NCBI GenBank assembly: GCA_051878315.1
Contig: JBJEJW010000031.1
Span: forward strand, 933 to 64,932
DNA: 64,000 nucleotides
Source: Paludibacteraceae bacterium
Lineage (GTDB): Bacteria; Bacteroidota; Bacteroidia; Bacteroidales; Paludibacteraceae
Reading direction: 5' to 3'
The number at the start of each line of letters is the position of its first letter. Position 1 is the first letter of the stretch. Positions 35,753-45,516 of this stretch are shown one piece after another. The notes beneath the pieces are model-generated. The model searched no databases and was not told where the DNA came from. It saw only the letters and a list, made by a program, of their open reading frames with translations. The position numbers and the translations under genes were made by a program.

Positions 35753-36967
35753 ATGAATATTGTAGAACGCTTTCTGAAATATGTGGCTTTTGAAACCACA
35801 TCCGACGAAACAACCGGTACAACGCCGAGTACACCGGGGCAAATGGAATTTGCTAAATATTTAGTCGAAGAGTTGAAACGCATCGGATTGACAGATGCCA
35901 CAGTTGATAATAATGGTTATGTGTTTGCCACGCTCGAATCCAATACCGACCAACCGAAACCGACCATTGGTTTTATTGCCCATGTGGACACCTCGCCCGA
36001 TATGAGCGGCAAAGACGTAAAACCGCATATTGTCGAACATTACGACGGCGGCGATATTGTGCTCAATGCCGCCGACGATTGTGTGTTGTCGCCTCGTCAA
36101 TTTCCCGAACTTGCGCAATACAAGGGGCAGGATTTGATAGTAACCGACGGCCGTACATTGCTTGGTGCTGACGATAAGGCCGGCATCGCCGAAATAATGG
36201 CGGCAATGGAATATTTGGTGCACCATCCCGACGTGAAACATGGTCGCGTACGTGTAGCCTTTACGCCCGACGAAGAAATCGGACAAGGACCGCACCATTT
36301 CGATGTGGCGAAATTCGGAGCCGATTGGGCTTATACGATGGATGGTGGCGAAATAGGCGAATTGGAATACGAAAATTTTAATGCCGCAGCGGCCAAAATC
36401 ACGATTCGCGGATGTAACGTGCATCCGGGTTATGCCAAAAATAAGATGTTGAACTCAATGCTTGTGGCGCAACAATTCGCGGCTATGCTGCCACGCACCG
36501 AAACTCCCGAACAGACCGAAGGCTACGAAGGCTTTTTTCACCTCGTCGGTATGAACGGAACGGTGGAGCAGAGTACGTTGACATACATCGTTCGTGACCA
36601 CAATCGTGAGCGATTTGAACAGCGCAAATCGACAATGCAACTTATTGCACAACAACTGAATGCAGAATATGGTGCAAGTACCGTCACTGTCGAACTGAAA
36701 GATCAATACTACAACATGCGCGAAAAAATCGAACCGGTAATGCACATCATCGAATTGGCTTGCCATGCTATGGAACAAGCGGGTGTCAAACCCAAAATCA
36801 GTCCTATTCGCGGTGGCACCGATGGCGCACAACTCTCGTTCATGGGATTGCCATGCCCCAATATTTTCGCAGGCGGACACAATTTCCACGGGCGTTACGA
36901 ATTTGTGCCGATACCATCGATGCAAAAAGCCGCAGAAGTCATTCTGAACATTATTACAGGGTGTTGA
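35753..36967 (+). CDS. pepT: Peptidase T (tripeptide aminopeptidase, M20B)
   Basis: Start re-picked to [19 protein letters not shown]. The motifs [15 protein letters not shown] and [27 protein letters not shown] are PepT signatures. Confidence 0.9.
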   Translation: MNIVERFLKYVAFETTSDETTGTTPSTPGQMEFAKYLVEELKRIGLTDATVDNNGYVFATLESNTDQPKPTIGFIAHVDTSPDMSGKDVKPHIVEHYDGGDIVLNAADDCVLSPRQFPELAQYKGQDLIVTDGRTLLGADDKAGIAEIMAAMEYLVHHPDVKHGRVRVAFTPDEEIGQGPHHFDVAKFGADWAYTMDGGEIGELEYENFNAAAAKITIRGCNVHPGYAKNKMLNSMLVAQQFAAMLPRTETPEQTEGYEGFFHLVGMNGTVEQSTLTYIVRDHNRERFEQRKSTMQLIAQQLNAEYGASTVTVELKDQYYNMREKIEPVMHIIELACHAMEQAGVKPKISPIRGGTDGAQLSFMGLPCPNIFAGGHNFHGRYEFVPIPSMQKAAEVILNIITGC

Positions 36968-38550
36968 TGACGGATAGTGTGAAACGGCTGAAAATTATTC
37001 TCTTCACCCTTGCGTTGATGGGAACGTGTGGCATTGCTGCACAACCTGCACGACCGCGTTTGGTGGTAACTATCGCCATCGATGGGTTGCAAAACGACCA
37101 TATCGTTACATTGGCCAATCGGTTTGACAAAGGCGGTTTGCGCAAACTGACCGAAGGCCTTGTGCTGCCTACTACGCAGTGTCGTTACGTCAGCGGCGGT
37201 GCCGTAACCGATGTTGCGACGTTGATGACGGGAAGTTGGCCTTATTATCATGGTATTATCGGCGAAAAACGGTACGACTTGGTGGAAGACGATATGGTGC
37301 CAATCGTGTACGATGGACGTTATCACGGTATCAACAGCGTACAAAATGTGTCGCCTAAACAGTTGGCTGCCACGACGTTAGCCGATGCCGTCAAACTCAA
37401 TCAACCTAAAGCAAAAGTGTATGCCATCGCACTCAATGCGGCTAATGCAGTGGTTTTTGGCGGACATACTGCCAATGCTGCCATTTGGCTTGACGACGAA
37501 ACCGGCCGATTGGCTACTACCGATTTCTACGAATATGGTTTACCTCTTTGGGCTGACAAGGTGAACCACAGCACTACGATTGATAACTATTTGCATTACG
37601 AATGGCGACCGCTGTACGAATTGGGTACATACAAATATGCGGCTTCGACCGCAAGCGAAACAGCATTTACACAGCCCGATGACCGACAGCCGCTGTCGGA
37701 ACAAATCTATCGTTTCAAACATTCACCGTTTGTTAATACGTTGATGAAAGATTTGGCTATTCGTGCTTTGCGCGACGAGAAGATGGGTGTCGATGCTTTC
37801 ACTGATTTTCTGATGGTGGAATTTACCGTCAAATTGCCTCGCGAACAAGGTAATGCGCTGTTGTCGGCCGAGAAAGAGGATATGTATTTGCGTCTCGATA
37901 AAGAATTGCGCCTGCTGTTCGATGCCATCGACCTCAGCGTTGGGCTCGATAATACGCTGATTGTGGTGGCCGGCACTGCCGAAGAGTCCTATTCATTGCG
38001 ACATTTGACGCGAAATGGTATCGTCGCAGGCGAGTTTAACGCAAAACGTTCTATGGCGTTGTTAAATGCTTATCTCATGGCAATTTATGGTCAGGGACGT
38101 TATGTGAGTGGCTATTGTGCACGCAATATCTATTTGAATAAATCGCTCATCGAAAAACAACATATCGACCGCTATGAATTGGAACAGCATGTGGCGCAAT
38201 TTATGACCGAATTTCAAGGCGTACACAATGCCTATACGTCGGCCGAAATCAAATTGGCATCAGGTGTCGGTACCGACGAATTATCGCGTATTCGGAATAG
38301 TGCATTCAAAACAACGTGCGGCGATGTGGTATTTACGCTGTTACCGGGGTGGGTCGAGGTAAATGATCGTAACGAAGTGGTTGGCATGTCCAATGTGCGG
38401 AATGCCCAGATGGCTGTCTATTTGTTAGGAAACGGTGTGCCACAGCAAATATGTCCTGCAGCCGAGGTTACTGACATAGCCCCAACAGTGTGCAACTTGT
38501 TGCAGATTCCATGGCCGAATGCAGCGGTAGGGCGCGTGCTGTCGTGGTAA
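36967..38550 (+). CDS. Secreted alkaline-phosphatase-superfamily protein (nucleotide pyrophosphatase/phosphodiesterase-like)
   Basis: Start re-picked to [26 protein letters not shown]. Its start overlaps the pepT stop within TGATG. LVVTIAIDGLQNDH resembles the metal-binding N-terminal motif of type I phosphodiesterases. Confidence 0.6.
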   Translation: MTDSVKRLKIILFTLALMGTCGIAAQPARPRLVVTIAIDGLQNDHIVTLANRFDKGGLRKLTEGLVLPTTQCRYVSGGAVTDVATLMTGSWPYYHGIIGEKRYDLVEDDMVPIVYDGRYHGINSVQNVSPKQLAATTLADAVKLNQPKAKVYAIALNAANAVVFGGHTANAAIWLDDETGRLATTDFYEYGLPLWADKVNHSTTIDNYLHYEWRPLYELGTYKYAASTASETAFTQPDDRQPLSEQIYRFKHSPFVNTLMKDLAIRALRDEKMGVDAFTDFLMVEFTVKLPREQGNALLSAEKEDMYLRLDKELRLLFDAIDLSVGLDNTLIVVAGTAEESYSLRHLTRNGIVAGEFNAKRSMALLNAYLMAIYGQGRYVSGYCARNIYLNKSLIEKQHIDRYELEQHVAQFMTEFQGVHNAYTSAEIKLASGVGTDELSRIRNSAFKTTCGDVVFTLLPGWVEVNDRNEVVGMSNVRNAQMAVYLLGNGVPQQICPAAEVTDIAPTVCNLLQIPWPNAAVGRVLSW

Positions 38551-38558
38551 AATCACAC

Positions 38559-38590
38559 AAAAAAGGGGAGTCGAACGATTCCCCTTTTTT
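38559..38590. terminator. Bidirectional intrinsic terminator between convergent genes
   Basis: The sequence is aaaaagggga-gtcgaacgat-tcccctttttt. Confidence 0.7.
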
Positions 38591-38612
38591 GTTATGTTGA
38601 GTGCGTGACCGA

Positions 38613-39800
38613 TTATTTTATCACGCCGAGTTCGCGACCGATTTTTGTAAACGCTGCTATACATTTGTCGAGATGCGCCTGCTCGTGTGCTGCCGAAATT
38701 TGTACCCGTATGCGTGCTTGTCCTTTTGGCACGACCGGATAGTAGAAACCTGTCACGTAGATGCCTTCGTCCTGCAATTTGGCAGCAAATTCCTGCGACA
38801 ATTTGGCGTCGTACAACATTACGGCGCAAATGGCCGATTGTGTCGGTTTGATGTCGAAACCTGCCGCCAACATCTTGTCACGGAAGTAGGCTGTGTTTGT
38901 ATGCAACTTCTCTTGACGTTCATTGGTGGTGTCCATCATACGGAACAATTCGATGCCTGCCGCCACAATCATTGGTGGCAACGAATTTGAAAACAGATAT
39001 GGGCGCGAACGTTGACGCAGCATATCGATGATTTCTTTTTTGCCTGTAGTGAATCCGCCGACGGCTCCGCCGAATGCTTTGCCGAGCGTGCCTGTAAGTA
39101 TTTCGATTTGCCCACGCAGATTGAATTGCTCGGTTACGCCGCGTCCTGTCCGTCCGACGACACCCGCCGAATGGCTCTCGTCCACCATCACCATAGCGTT
39201 ATAGCGATTGGCAAGCGCATATATTTTGTCGAGTGGACACACATTGCCGTCCATCGAGAAGACTCCGTCGGTTACAATCAGACGAAACCGACACGATTGC
39301 GCTGCTTGTAATTGTGCCTCTAAATCCGCCATGTCGGCATTGGCGTAGCGAAAACGTTGCGCTTTGCATAAGCGTACGCCGTCGATGATTGACGCGTGGT
39401 TGAGCGCATCGGAAATGATGGCGTCCTCTTCGGTAAGTAGGGGCTCGAATACGCCGCCGTTGGCATCGAAACACGCTGCGTATAATATGGTGTCTTCCGT
39501 GCCGAAAAAACGGGCGATGGCCGCTTCTAACTCTTTGTGCAAATCTTGCGTGCCGCAAATGAAACGTACCGACGACATGCCATAGCCGCGTGTGTCGAGT
39601 GCGCGTTTGGCTGCCGCTATCAAGGCGGAATTATCGGCTAAACCCAAATAGTTATTGGCGCAAAAGTTCAATACGGTTTGGCCGTTTACTGTGATTTCGG
39701 CCCCTTGAGGCGAGCAGATGAGTCGCTCGTTTTTGTACAAACCGGCCTCTTTGATGGCGGTCAGTTCGGCTGACAAGTGTTGTTGAAAATCGGAATACAT
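38613..39800 (-). CDS. kbl: Glycine C-acetyltransferase (2-amino-3-ketobutyrate CoA ligase)
   Basis: 395 aa PLP enzyme. It shows NFCANNYLGL, DESHSAG and the lysine region TGTLGKAFGG. The ends are typical of Kbl. Confidence 0.9.
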   Translation of the reverse strand: MYSDFQQHLSAELTAIKEAGLYKNERLICSPQGAEITVNGQTVLNFCANNYLGLADNSALIAAAKRALDTRGYGMSSVRFICGTQDLHKELEAAIARFFGTEDTILYAACFDANGGVFEPLLTEEDAIISDALNHASIIDGVRLCKAQRFRYANADMADLEAQLQAAQSCRFRLIVTDGVFSMDGNVCPLDKIYALANRYNAMVMVDESHSAGVVGRTGRGVTEQFNLRGQIEILTGTLGKAFGGAVGGFTTGKKEIIDMLRQRSRPYLFSNSLPPMIVAAGIELFRMMDTTNERQEKLHTNTAYFRDKMLAAGFDIKPTQSAICAVMLYDAKLSQEFAAKLQDEGIYVTGFYYPVVPKGQARIRVQISAAHEQAHLDKCIAAFTKIGRELGVIK

Positions 39801-39829
39801 GGCATTTATAATTTAAGTTGACTGATTTG

Positions 39830-40951
39830 TCAGAATCGCACGACCATTTCAAGAGTCACTTTGTCCTGTTTGTCGGCTTCGGCTAGACTCCAATCGTTGT
39901 AAAAATATTTTTCGTAGTTGATGCGCAAATCAACTAAAAACGGTTTTGACAGACTGAGGGTTATGCCTGTTGTTATACGGTGGCGCTCGGCGTCAGTATT
40001 CAGAAAATTATCTAATATGTCGTCGAAACCTTCGTAGTTTTCGCTCATCCAATCGTAACGCGCCAAAAACGACAATTTATTGAATACTTTTGGCAACATC
40101 AAATCGTAGTTTATAAAGGTTGAAACGGCATGTGTTGGTTTGAAAATTGGGTTTTGGTAGGTTTTGTAAAGGTATTCCGCCTCGATGTGCACATTATGAA
40201 ATTCGCTGAACAGACCGATGTCGTACACATTCATACGGATGCTGTCGGGATCGAACGATTGGAAGTTGAGTGAAAAGTTAATATAATCGCAAGGATCGAA
40301 CGTGGCGCGTGCAGAATAGCACATCGTTTTGTGCCATACGGTTTGGTTGTAAAGCCCTAAACCGTTATAAATGCCAGCAATAACCGAAAATGGAAATTTT
40401 TCTTTGAGTTCGTACCCGACGGAAAAACCGACATCGCGCAAACCGGTGATTTCTTTGGCCAAAAAAGTTCGGTTGATAAAGTATTGGTTGTGCGGACTGC
40501 GCAGATTGTCGGTGCTGAACGGTACTTTCATTTGTCCGAGCGTCAGCGACATGCCTTTGACAGGAAACACGCGCACATAGGCATCGAGCATTTTTGTCTT
40601 GCCTTGGTCGGAAAGGTCGATTTCGGCTTTGTAGGCTACAAGCGGGTGTACGTTGCCGGTGATACTGATGCGGGCGTTGCGTACCATAAAACGGTGCGAA
40701 TCGAGTGTTGTGCAATATTCGTAACGACCACGCACGGTTCCATGTATTTCAGGAATATAATCGCTTTTGGCCATTTTCTTGCCTTCAAGCGCTTTCCCCT
40801 CGTCTATGTCCGGTAGTCCGGCGTTTGCAATGTCGAAAGGTAGATATTGTTTAATTGAATCGGTCGGCGTGCTGCCCAAAAGGGTAGTACTCCCCGCTAT
40901 AAGTAATCCGATAATAACCTTATATTTTCCAAATAGTTGCATACGATACAT
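39830..40951 (-). CDS. Porin, phosphate-selective porin O/P-like
   Basis: About 373 aa from MYRMQLFGKYKVIIGLLIAG. That ATG at 40951 overlaps the upstream stop (TAATG). An ATG at 40942 is an alternative start. GTVRGRYEY...FMVRNARISITG and the C-terminal ...EMVVRF are beta-barrel/porin-like. Confidence 0.6.
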   Translation of the reverse strand: MYRMQLFGKYKVIIGLLIAGSTTLLGSTPTDSIKQYLPFDIANAGLPDIDEGKALEGKKMAKSDYIPEIHGTVRGRYEYCTTLDSHRFMVRNARISITGNVHPLVAYKAEIDLSDQGKTKMLDAYVRVFPVKGMSLTLGQMKVPFSTDNLRSPHNQYFINRTFLAKEITGLRDVGFSVGYELKEKFPFSVIAGIYNGLGLYNQTVWHKTMCYSARATFDPCDYINFSLNFQSFDPDSIRMNVYDIGLFSEFHNVHIEAEYLYKTYQNPIFKPTHAVSTFINYDLMLPKVFNKLSFLARYDWMSENYEGFDDILDNFLNTDAERHRITTGITLSLSKPFLVDLRINYEKYFYNDWSLAEADKQDKVTLEMVVRF

Positions 40952-41670
40952 TAGGAGTTTGTTATCAAACAAGGTAGCAGGTCAATGAGTTCGGCCATCG
41001 ACGGTAATACTATGTCGGCACCGGCGTCGTGTAGTACTTGCGGTAATAATATTCCCGTGTTGACAGCAACAGTGAAGATACCGGCGGCTACGGCGGCTTG
41101 TACGCCCAATGGCGCATTTTCGACGACTAACGCCTGCCATGGCTCTATTGCGGCTTTGCGCAGTGCCGTCAGATAGGGCTCGGGGTCGGGTTTGCCATGT
41201 TTGACATCGAACGCTGTTACCATCTTTGTGCGTACGAAAATATCAGGGAAATAGGTGTTCAATGTGTCGAGTAGCGAACGTTGTGCCGAACCTGTAACAA
41301 TATAAATATCAAGCCCTTGCGCTTTCACTTCGCGCAGCAGTTCCTGTATATGCGGCACAGGATTGACGGTGCCGCATTCTATAAAATAACGTCCTTTTTC
41401 GGCGTAAAGCGTGTCGCTTTCTGCTTTAGTGGCGTGTCGGCCATACGTTTTCAGAAAATATTCGTCGATGACGGCTTCGCCTGTACGCCCTTCATTCAGA
41501 TATGCATCGTATTCCGAAAACTCGAAACCGTGATTTCTGAACGTCTTTGACCAAGCATAGGCGTGGTATGGCATCGAATCGAACAGCACACCGTCCATGT
41601 CGAAGAATACGGCTCGCAACGCCCATTGCGGATAATGACGCCGCATCAAAAAATCATCAATCGCTTTCAT
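40951..41670 (-). CDS. HAD-superfamily hydrolase (beta-phosphoglucomutase-like subfamily)
   Basis: Start re-picked to MKAIDDFL. The HAD motifs are FFDMDGVLFDS (DxD), VTGS, and K...ENAPLGVQAAVAAG. Confidence 0.75.
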   Translation of the reverse strand: MKAIDDFLMRRHYPQWALRAVFFDMDGVLFDSMPYHAYAWSKTFRNHGFEFSEYDAYLNEGRTGEAVIDEYFLKTYGRHATKAESDTLYAEKGRYFIECGTVNPVPHIQELLREVKAQGLDIYIVTGSAQRSLLDTLNTYFPDIFVRTKMVTAFDVKHGKPDPEPYLTALRKAAIEPWQALVVENAPLGVQAAVAAGIFTVAVNTGILLPQVLHDAGADIVLPSMAELIDLLPCLITNS

Positions 41671-41676
41671 CGTCTG

Positions 41677-41684
41677 CAAAGATA
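41677..41684 (-). promoter_or_regulatory. -7 promoter box TATCTTTG
   Basis: The plus strand reads caaagata. It lies only 6 nt upstream of the ATG at 41670; see the rejected list. Confidence 0.35.
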
Positions 41685-41758
41685 CATCTTTTTTCGCGAT
41701 ACTTCATAAAAACAGACAAAAAATAGCACAATGATTTGATAACTTAATCGTTTTGTAT

Positions 41759-41766
41759 TATCTTTG
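41759..41766 (+). promoter_or_regulatory. -7 promoter box TATCTTTG
   Basis: Lies 56 nt upstream of the ATG at 41823. Confidence 0.45.
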
Positions 41767-41822
41767 CAATCTGTTTTTTGGACAAAAGTAGGAAATAGTT
41801 AAAACTCTAATTTTATACAACA

Positions 41823-42194
41823 ATGAAAAAAACACTATTTTTATCAGCAATCTGTTTGGTGGCCGTAGTTTGCTTTTTTAGCAGTTGCGCACCCGAAGAA
41901 CAAAATTTCGAAGAATCGTTGCTCATCGGCAAATGGCAGTCGGGCACACTATTCGAAACGTATGCCGCCAACCACACCGGTACAACGTGGGACACTGCCG
42001 ACGATGTAACCGAAGCCGAAGCGCAATCATTCACTTGGCAGTTGGACAAATCTACCTTGACGCAAATCCACATCATGGAAATGACGGGCGAGGGAACTAT
42101 TCCGAAAGTTTATACCGTACTTACACTCAATGCCACAACGTTGACGTACGAAGACGATTATGGCAAAAAAGTTACATTCTCCAAAGTGCAGTAA
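41823..42194 (+). CDS. Small lipoprotein, lipocalin-like domain
   Basis: 123 aa with lipobox FFSSC. LIGKWQSG... is typical of lipocalin-like Bacteroidota lipoproteins. Confidence 0.5.
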   Translation: MKKTLFLSAICLVAVVCFFSSCAPEEQNFEESLLIGKWQSGTLFETYAANHTGTTWDTADDVTEAEAQSFTWQLDKSTLTQIHIMEMTGEGTIPKVYTVLTLNATTLTYEDDYGKKVTFSKVQ

Positions 42195-42203
42195 TAGACT
42201 ATT

Positions 42204-45200
42204 ATGAAAAAAGCACTTAAAATCACAGGCTGGACACTGCTGTCGCTGGTGGTCGTTGTGCTGATTGTGGTGTGCGTGGCTGTGTATGTGGTCTTTACGC
42301 CCGAACGTCTCACACCCATTGTGCGCAAGTATGTGCCACAGTTTGTAACGTGTGAAACATCGCTCGACGAAGCCGATTTGACATTTTTCAGCACATTCCC
42401 CGAATTTGGTGTGCGTTTGCGCAATGTATGTCTGAAAAACCCGATGTGTGGCGCGCCGTCCGACACCTTAGCCAATATCGACAATCTGACGGCTACAATC
42501 GATGTGTGGCAGTTCCTTGCCGACGATGCGCTTGTTGTCAAGGCGGTTATGCTCGATGGAGGCTATGTCAATCTTTACACCGATAGCCTCGGACGAACCA
42601 ATTACGATATTGTGGTCGCATCCGACGACGAACAAGATACCACAGCCACCGACCTTCCATTCGACTTGTTGGATATTCATGCCGTGCAAATTGCCAATTT
42701 GCGTGTACTTTATACCGACAATCAAAACCGGATGCGTGCTTCCATCGACGATGTGCAGGCGAGCATTAGTGGCAATTATGCCGAAACGGATGTGATGGCC
42801 GATGTGTCGTTGCAGTTGCGACAAGTGCTTTTTGCTACGGACGACACCACACGCATTGAGGTGCAAGTTCCGCAAGTGGCGTTGCGTACCAAAGCTGCGC
42901 TGGCCGACAACGATGCACAAGCATCAATAGCGCTCGATTTGAATAGTGTCAACTGTGCCATTGGTGGCGACAACCTATTGACACAAGCCGATATTAAAGC
43001 CACAATACCATTAACGGCCAATTTGGACACACTATCGTTGCGTCTTCACGAGGCGGAATTGGCGTTGGCCGGTCATAAAATAACGCTCGATGGGTGGGCG
43101 CAAATGCGCGACACGAACATTGTGATGAATGTCGATTTCGCAACCGATGGAGCATGGCAAATAGAAAAGGTTGTCAGTCTGATTCCGCCCTCCTATGCCG
43201 ATTTGCTTGATGGCATCGATGTGGAAGGCACTATCGGATTATCCGGCTGTGTATTAGGCGTTTACAATAGCGATACACTTCCGCAGATTACAGCAAATGT
43301 CGATTTGCGAAATGCAAAAGTGGTCATCGATGGTCTACCGTACAAATTGTATGATGTGGGGGCAAAAGCCACTGCACACCTCGATTTGAACGATGGCGCT
43401 ATGTCGGATGCCGTCATTACGCAACTGACGGCCAAAACGGGTACATGCGCTGTGCAGGCTGCCGGGCGCGTTACCGATTTGCTGGGAGCACTGCGTTGCA
43501 ATTTGCACCTTACGGCCGATGTCAATCTGCCGGAGTTGTCGCCACTTTTGCCTGCCGACTTGAATGTTGCTCTTGTTGGTCGCACAAAGGCCGACGTGCA
43601 GACAAAATTCGCGTTGGCCGATGTATTGGCACTCAACCTCGATAAAATAGTGGCACAAGGTACGCTGAAATTCAGCGATTTAGATGTTGTTTACAATGAT
43701 AGCATCTTTGTCGAAGCACCGGCATTGACACTGAACGTATCACTGCCGAGTCCGGGCAAAAATCGTTCGTTTCAGGAGATGATACAGGCGCAAATCACAT
43801 CGCCCGATTTACGTATCGAAATGCTTGGCACACTGGATGCAGCACTGACCGATGCCACTCTGACGGTGGCTACATCGAATGTACTCGATACCACCAAAAT
43901 GTTATCGGCTACTTGCGAATTTGCGATGCAGCATTTGTTGGCACACATGGACACAATTTCGGCCGATATTGTTGCACCAAAGGGAAAAATTACCCTCTCA
44001 CCAAGTCGTCGCAATGCAAAAAATCCGCGCCTACAATGTTCGTATAGCAGCGAAATGTTGAGTGCCAACATGGGCTCGGCATTTAATGCCAAAACCAAAC
44101 ACATTGACATCTCGGCCTCGACTACCTACGACGAAACGCAAGAAAATCTCTATCTGAAATGGAATCCGACACTCAAAATCGATTTCAACGATGGTTGTTT
44201 CCGTATGGCCGGCATCGACCCTGAAATTCGGATTCCGGCGATAAAATTTGCCTTTACACCACGTAAACTGACCATTGACGATAGCCGTATTATCATCGAT
44301 CGTTCCGATTTCAGCCTGACAGGCGAAGCACGCAATATTCGTAAATTTATGAAACACAACGGCTTGCTCGAAGGCGAATTTGACTTCGTATCGGAACAAA
44401 CCGACATCAATCAGCTGCTTGAACTGGTGAACGGCTTTGGCAATACCGATTCGACACAAACGGCCGATGTCGTGGCGGCAGATACTGTCGAACAGACTGT
44501 TGAACAACACGATAACCCGTTTATGGTGCCAAAAGGCATCGATTTGTCATTGAATACACACATCAAAAATGCGCTGTTTGCCGATAACCGTTTGCAAAAT
44601 ATTGCCGGCAAACTGACAGTGAAAGATGGCGTATTGGTGCTCGAACAGATGGGTTTCACTTGCGAAGCGGCCGAAATGCAACTTACCGCTATCTATCGTA
44701 GCGAACGGCGCAATCACTTGTTTGCCGGTCTCGATTTTCACCTCATCAACATTGACATCAAACAACTGATACACATGGTGCCGAATGTTGATACCATTTT
44801 CCCGATGTTGAAATCGTTTGAGGGACGGGCACAATTCCATCTGGCTGCCGAAACCTATTTGAAATCGAATTACGAACTGAAAATATCGACACTGCGTGGC
44901 GCGGCTGCCATCGAAGGAAAAGACCTTGTGCTACTCGATAGCGAAACGTTTGCCAAAATAGCCAAACCGCTGTTGTTCAGCCGGAAAACCAAAAATTTGG
45001 TGGACAGCATTAGTGTCGAGGCTACCGTATTCCGCGACGAGGTCGATTTGTATCCGTTCGTTATGTCGATGGATAAGTACTCGGCCGTTGTAGGTGGTCG
45101 TTACGATTTGGCCAACAATTACAATGCGCATATCGAAACGTTGTCGCCCATACGTTTGGCATTGCAAATCAAAGGTAATGCTACCGATTTGGATAATATG

Positions 45201-45326
45201 GAGTTCAAATTGGTAAAAACACAATATTCCGATATGTACAAACCTGAAAAACGTAATGTCTTGCAAGAACGCACGTTGGCTCTCAAAAAATTAATTTCCG
45301 ACGCCTTGAAGAGTAACGTTAAATAA
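42204..45326 (+). CDS. AsmA-family protein (large envelope protein with N-terminal membrane anchor)
   Basis: 1040 aa. The N-terminal TM helix is ITGWTLLSLVVVVLIVVCVAVYVVF, followed by a long beta-rich repetitive body. The C-terminal region resembles AsmA-like C-terminal domains. Confidence 0.72.
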   Translation: MKKALKITGWTLLSLVVVVLIVVCVAVYVVFTPERLTPIVRKYVPQFVTCETSLDEADLTFFSTFPEFGVRLRNVCLKNPMCGAPSDTLANIDNLTATIDVWQFLADDALVVKAVMLDGGYVNLYTDSLGRTNYDIVVASDDEQDTTATDLPFDLLDIHAVQIANLRVLYTDNQNRMRASIDDVQASISGNYAETDVMADVSLQLRQVLFATDDTTRIEVQVPQVALRTKAALADNDAQASIALDLNSVNCAIGGDNLLTQADIKATIPLTANLDTLSLRLHEAELALAGHKITLDGWAQMRDTNIVMNVDFATDGAWQIEKVVSLIPPSYADLLDGIDVEGTIGLSGCVLGVYNSDTLPQITANVDLRNAKVVIDGLPYKLYDVGAKATAHLDLNDGAMSDAVITQLTAKTGTCAVQAAGRVTDLLGALRCNLHLTADVNLPELSPLLPADLNVALVGRTKADVQTKFALADVLALNLDKIVAQGTLKFSDLDVVYNDSIFVEAPALTLNVSLPSPGKNRSFQEMIQAQITSPDLRIEMLGTLDAALTDATLTVATSNVLDTTKMLSATCEFAMQHLLAHMDTISADIVAPKGKITLSPSRRNAKNPRLQCSYSSEMLSANMGSAFNAKTKHIDISASTTYDETQENLYLKWNPTLKIDFNDGCFRMAGIDPEIRIPAIKFAFTPRKLTIDDSRIIIDRSDFSLTGEARNIRKFMKHNGLLEGEFDFVSEQTDINQLLELVNGFGNTDSTQTADVVAADTVEQTVEQHDNPFMVPKGIDLSLNTHIKNALFADNRLQNIAGKLTVKDGVLVLEQMGFTCEAAEMQLTAIYRSERRNHLFAGLDFHLINIDIKQLIHMVPNVDTIFPMLKSFEGRAQFHLAAETYLKSNYELKISTLRGAAAIEGKDLVLLDSETFAKIAKPLLFSRKTKNLVDSISVEATVFRDEVDLYPFVMSMDKYSAVVGGRYDLANNYNAHIETLSPIRLALQIKGNATDLDNMEFKLVKTQYSDMYKPEKRNVLQERTLALKKLISDALKSNVK

Positions 45327-45346
45327 GGGATTATACATAAAAATAA

Positions 45347-45378
45347 ACGAGAAGATGCATATTTTTGCATCTTCTCGT
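45347..45378 (+). terminator. 13-bp perfect hairpin after the AsmA-family gene
   Basis: The sequence is acgagaagatgca-tatttt-tgcatcttctcgt. Only a poor T-run follows (gtgttt). Confidence 0.6.
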
Positions 45379-45478
45379 GTGTTTGGCACGACTTTTGATA
45401 GTATTTAGACGACGCTCAGTACTGCGACTCAAAAGTTTCAGATTGTAGTGTTGGTATTTAGGTTATGTTTTTAGGGAG

Positions 45479-45516
45479 GTTCGCGGACATGTGATATGTC
45501 TGCGGACTTTTTTTTT
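45479..45516 (+). terminator. Strong plus-strand intrinsic terminator with no obvious plus-strand gene of its own
   Basis: The sequence is gttcgcggacat-gtgat-atgtctgcggac followed by T9. The two non-Watson-Crick positions are G-U on the plus-strand RNA but C-A on the minus-strand RNA. Confidence 0.7.

Noticed and set aside
41668-41684. An apparently leaderless HAD-hydrolase mRNA, because the -7 box ends 6 nt before the ATG.
   Set aside because: This cannot be decided from sequence. A downstream Met (MRRHYPQ..., ATG at 41646) would also keep the DxD motif and give a normal leader. I kept it as a promoter feature with low confidence only.
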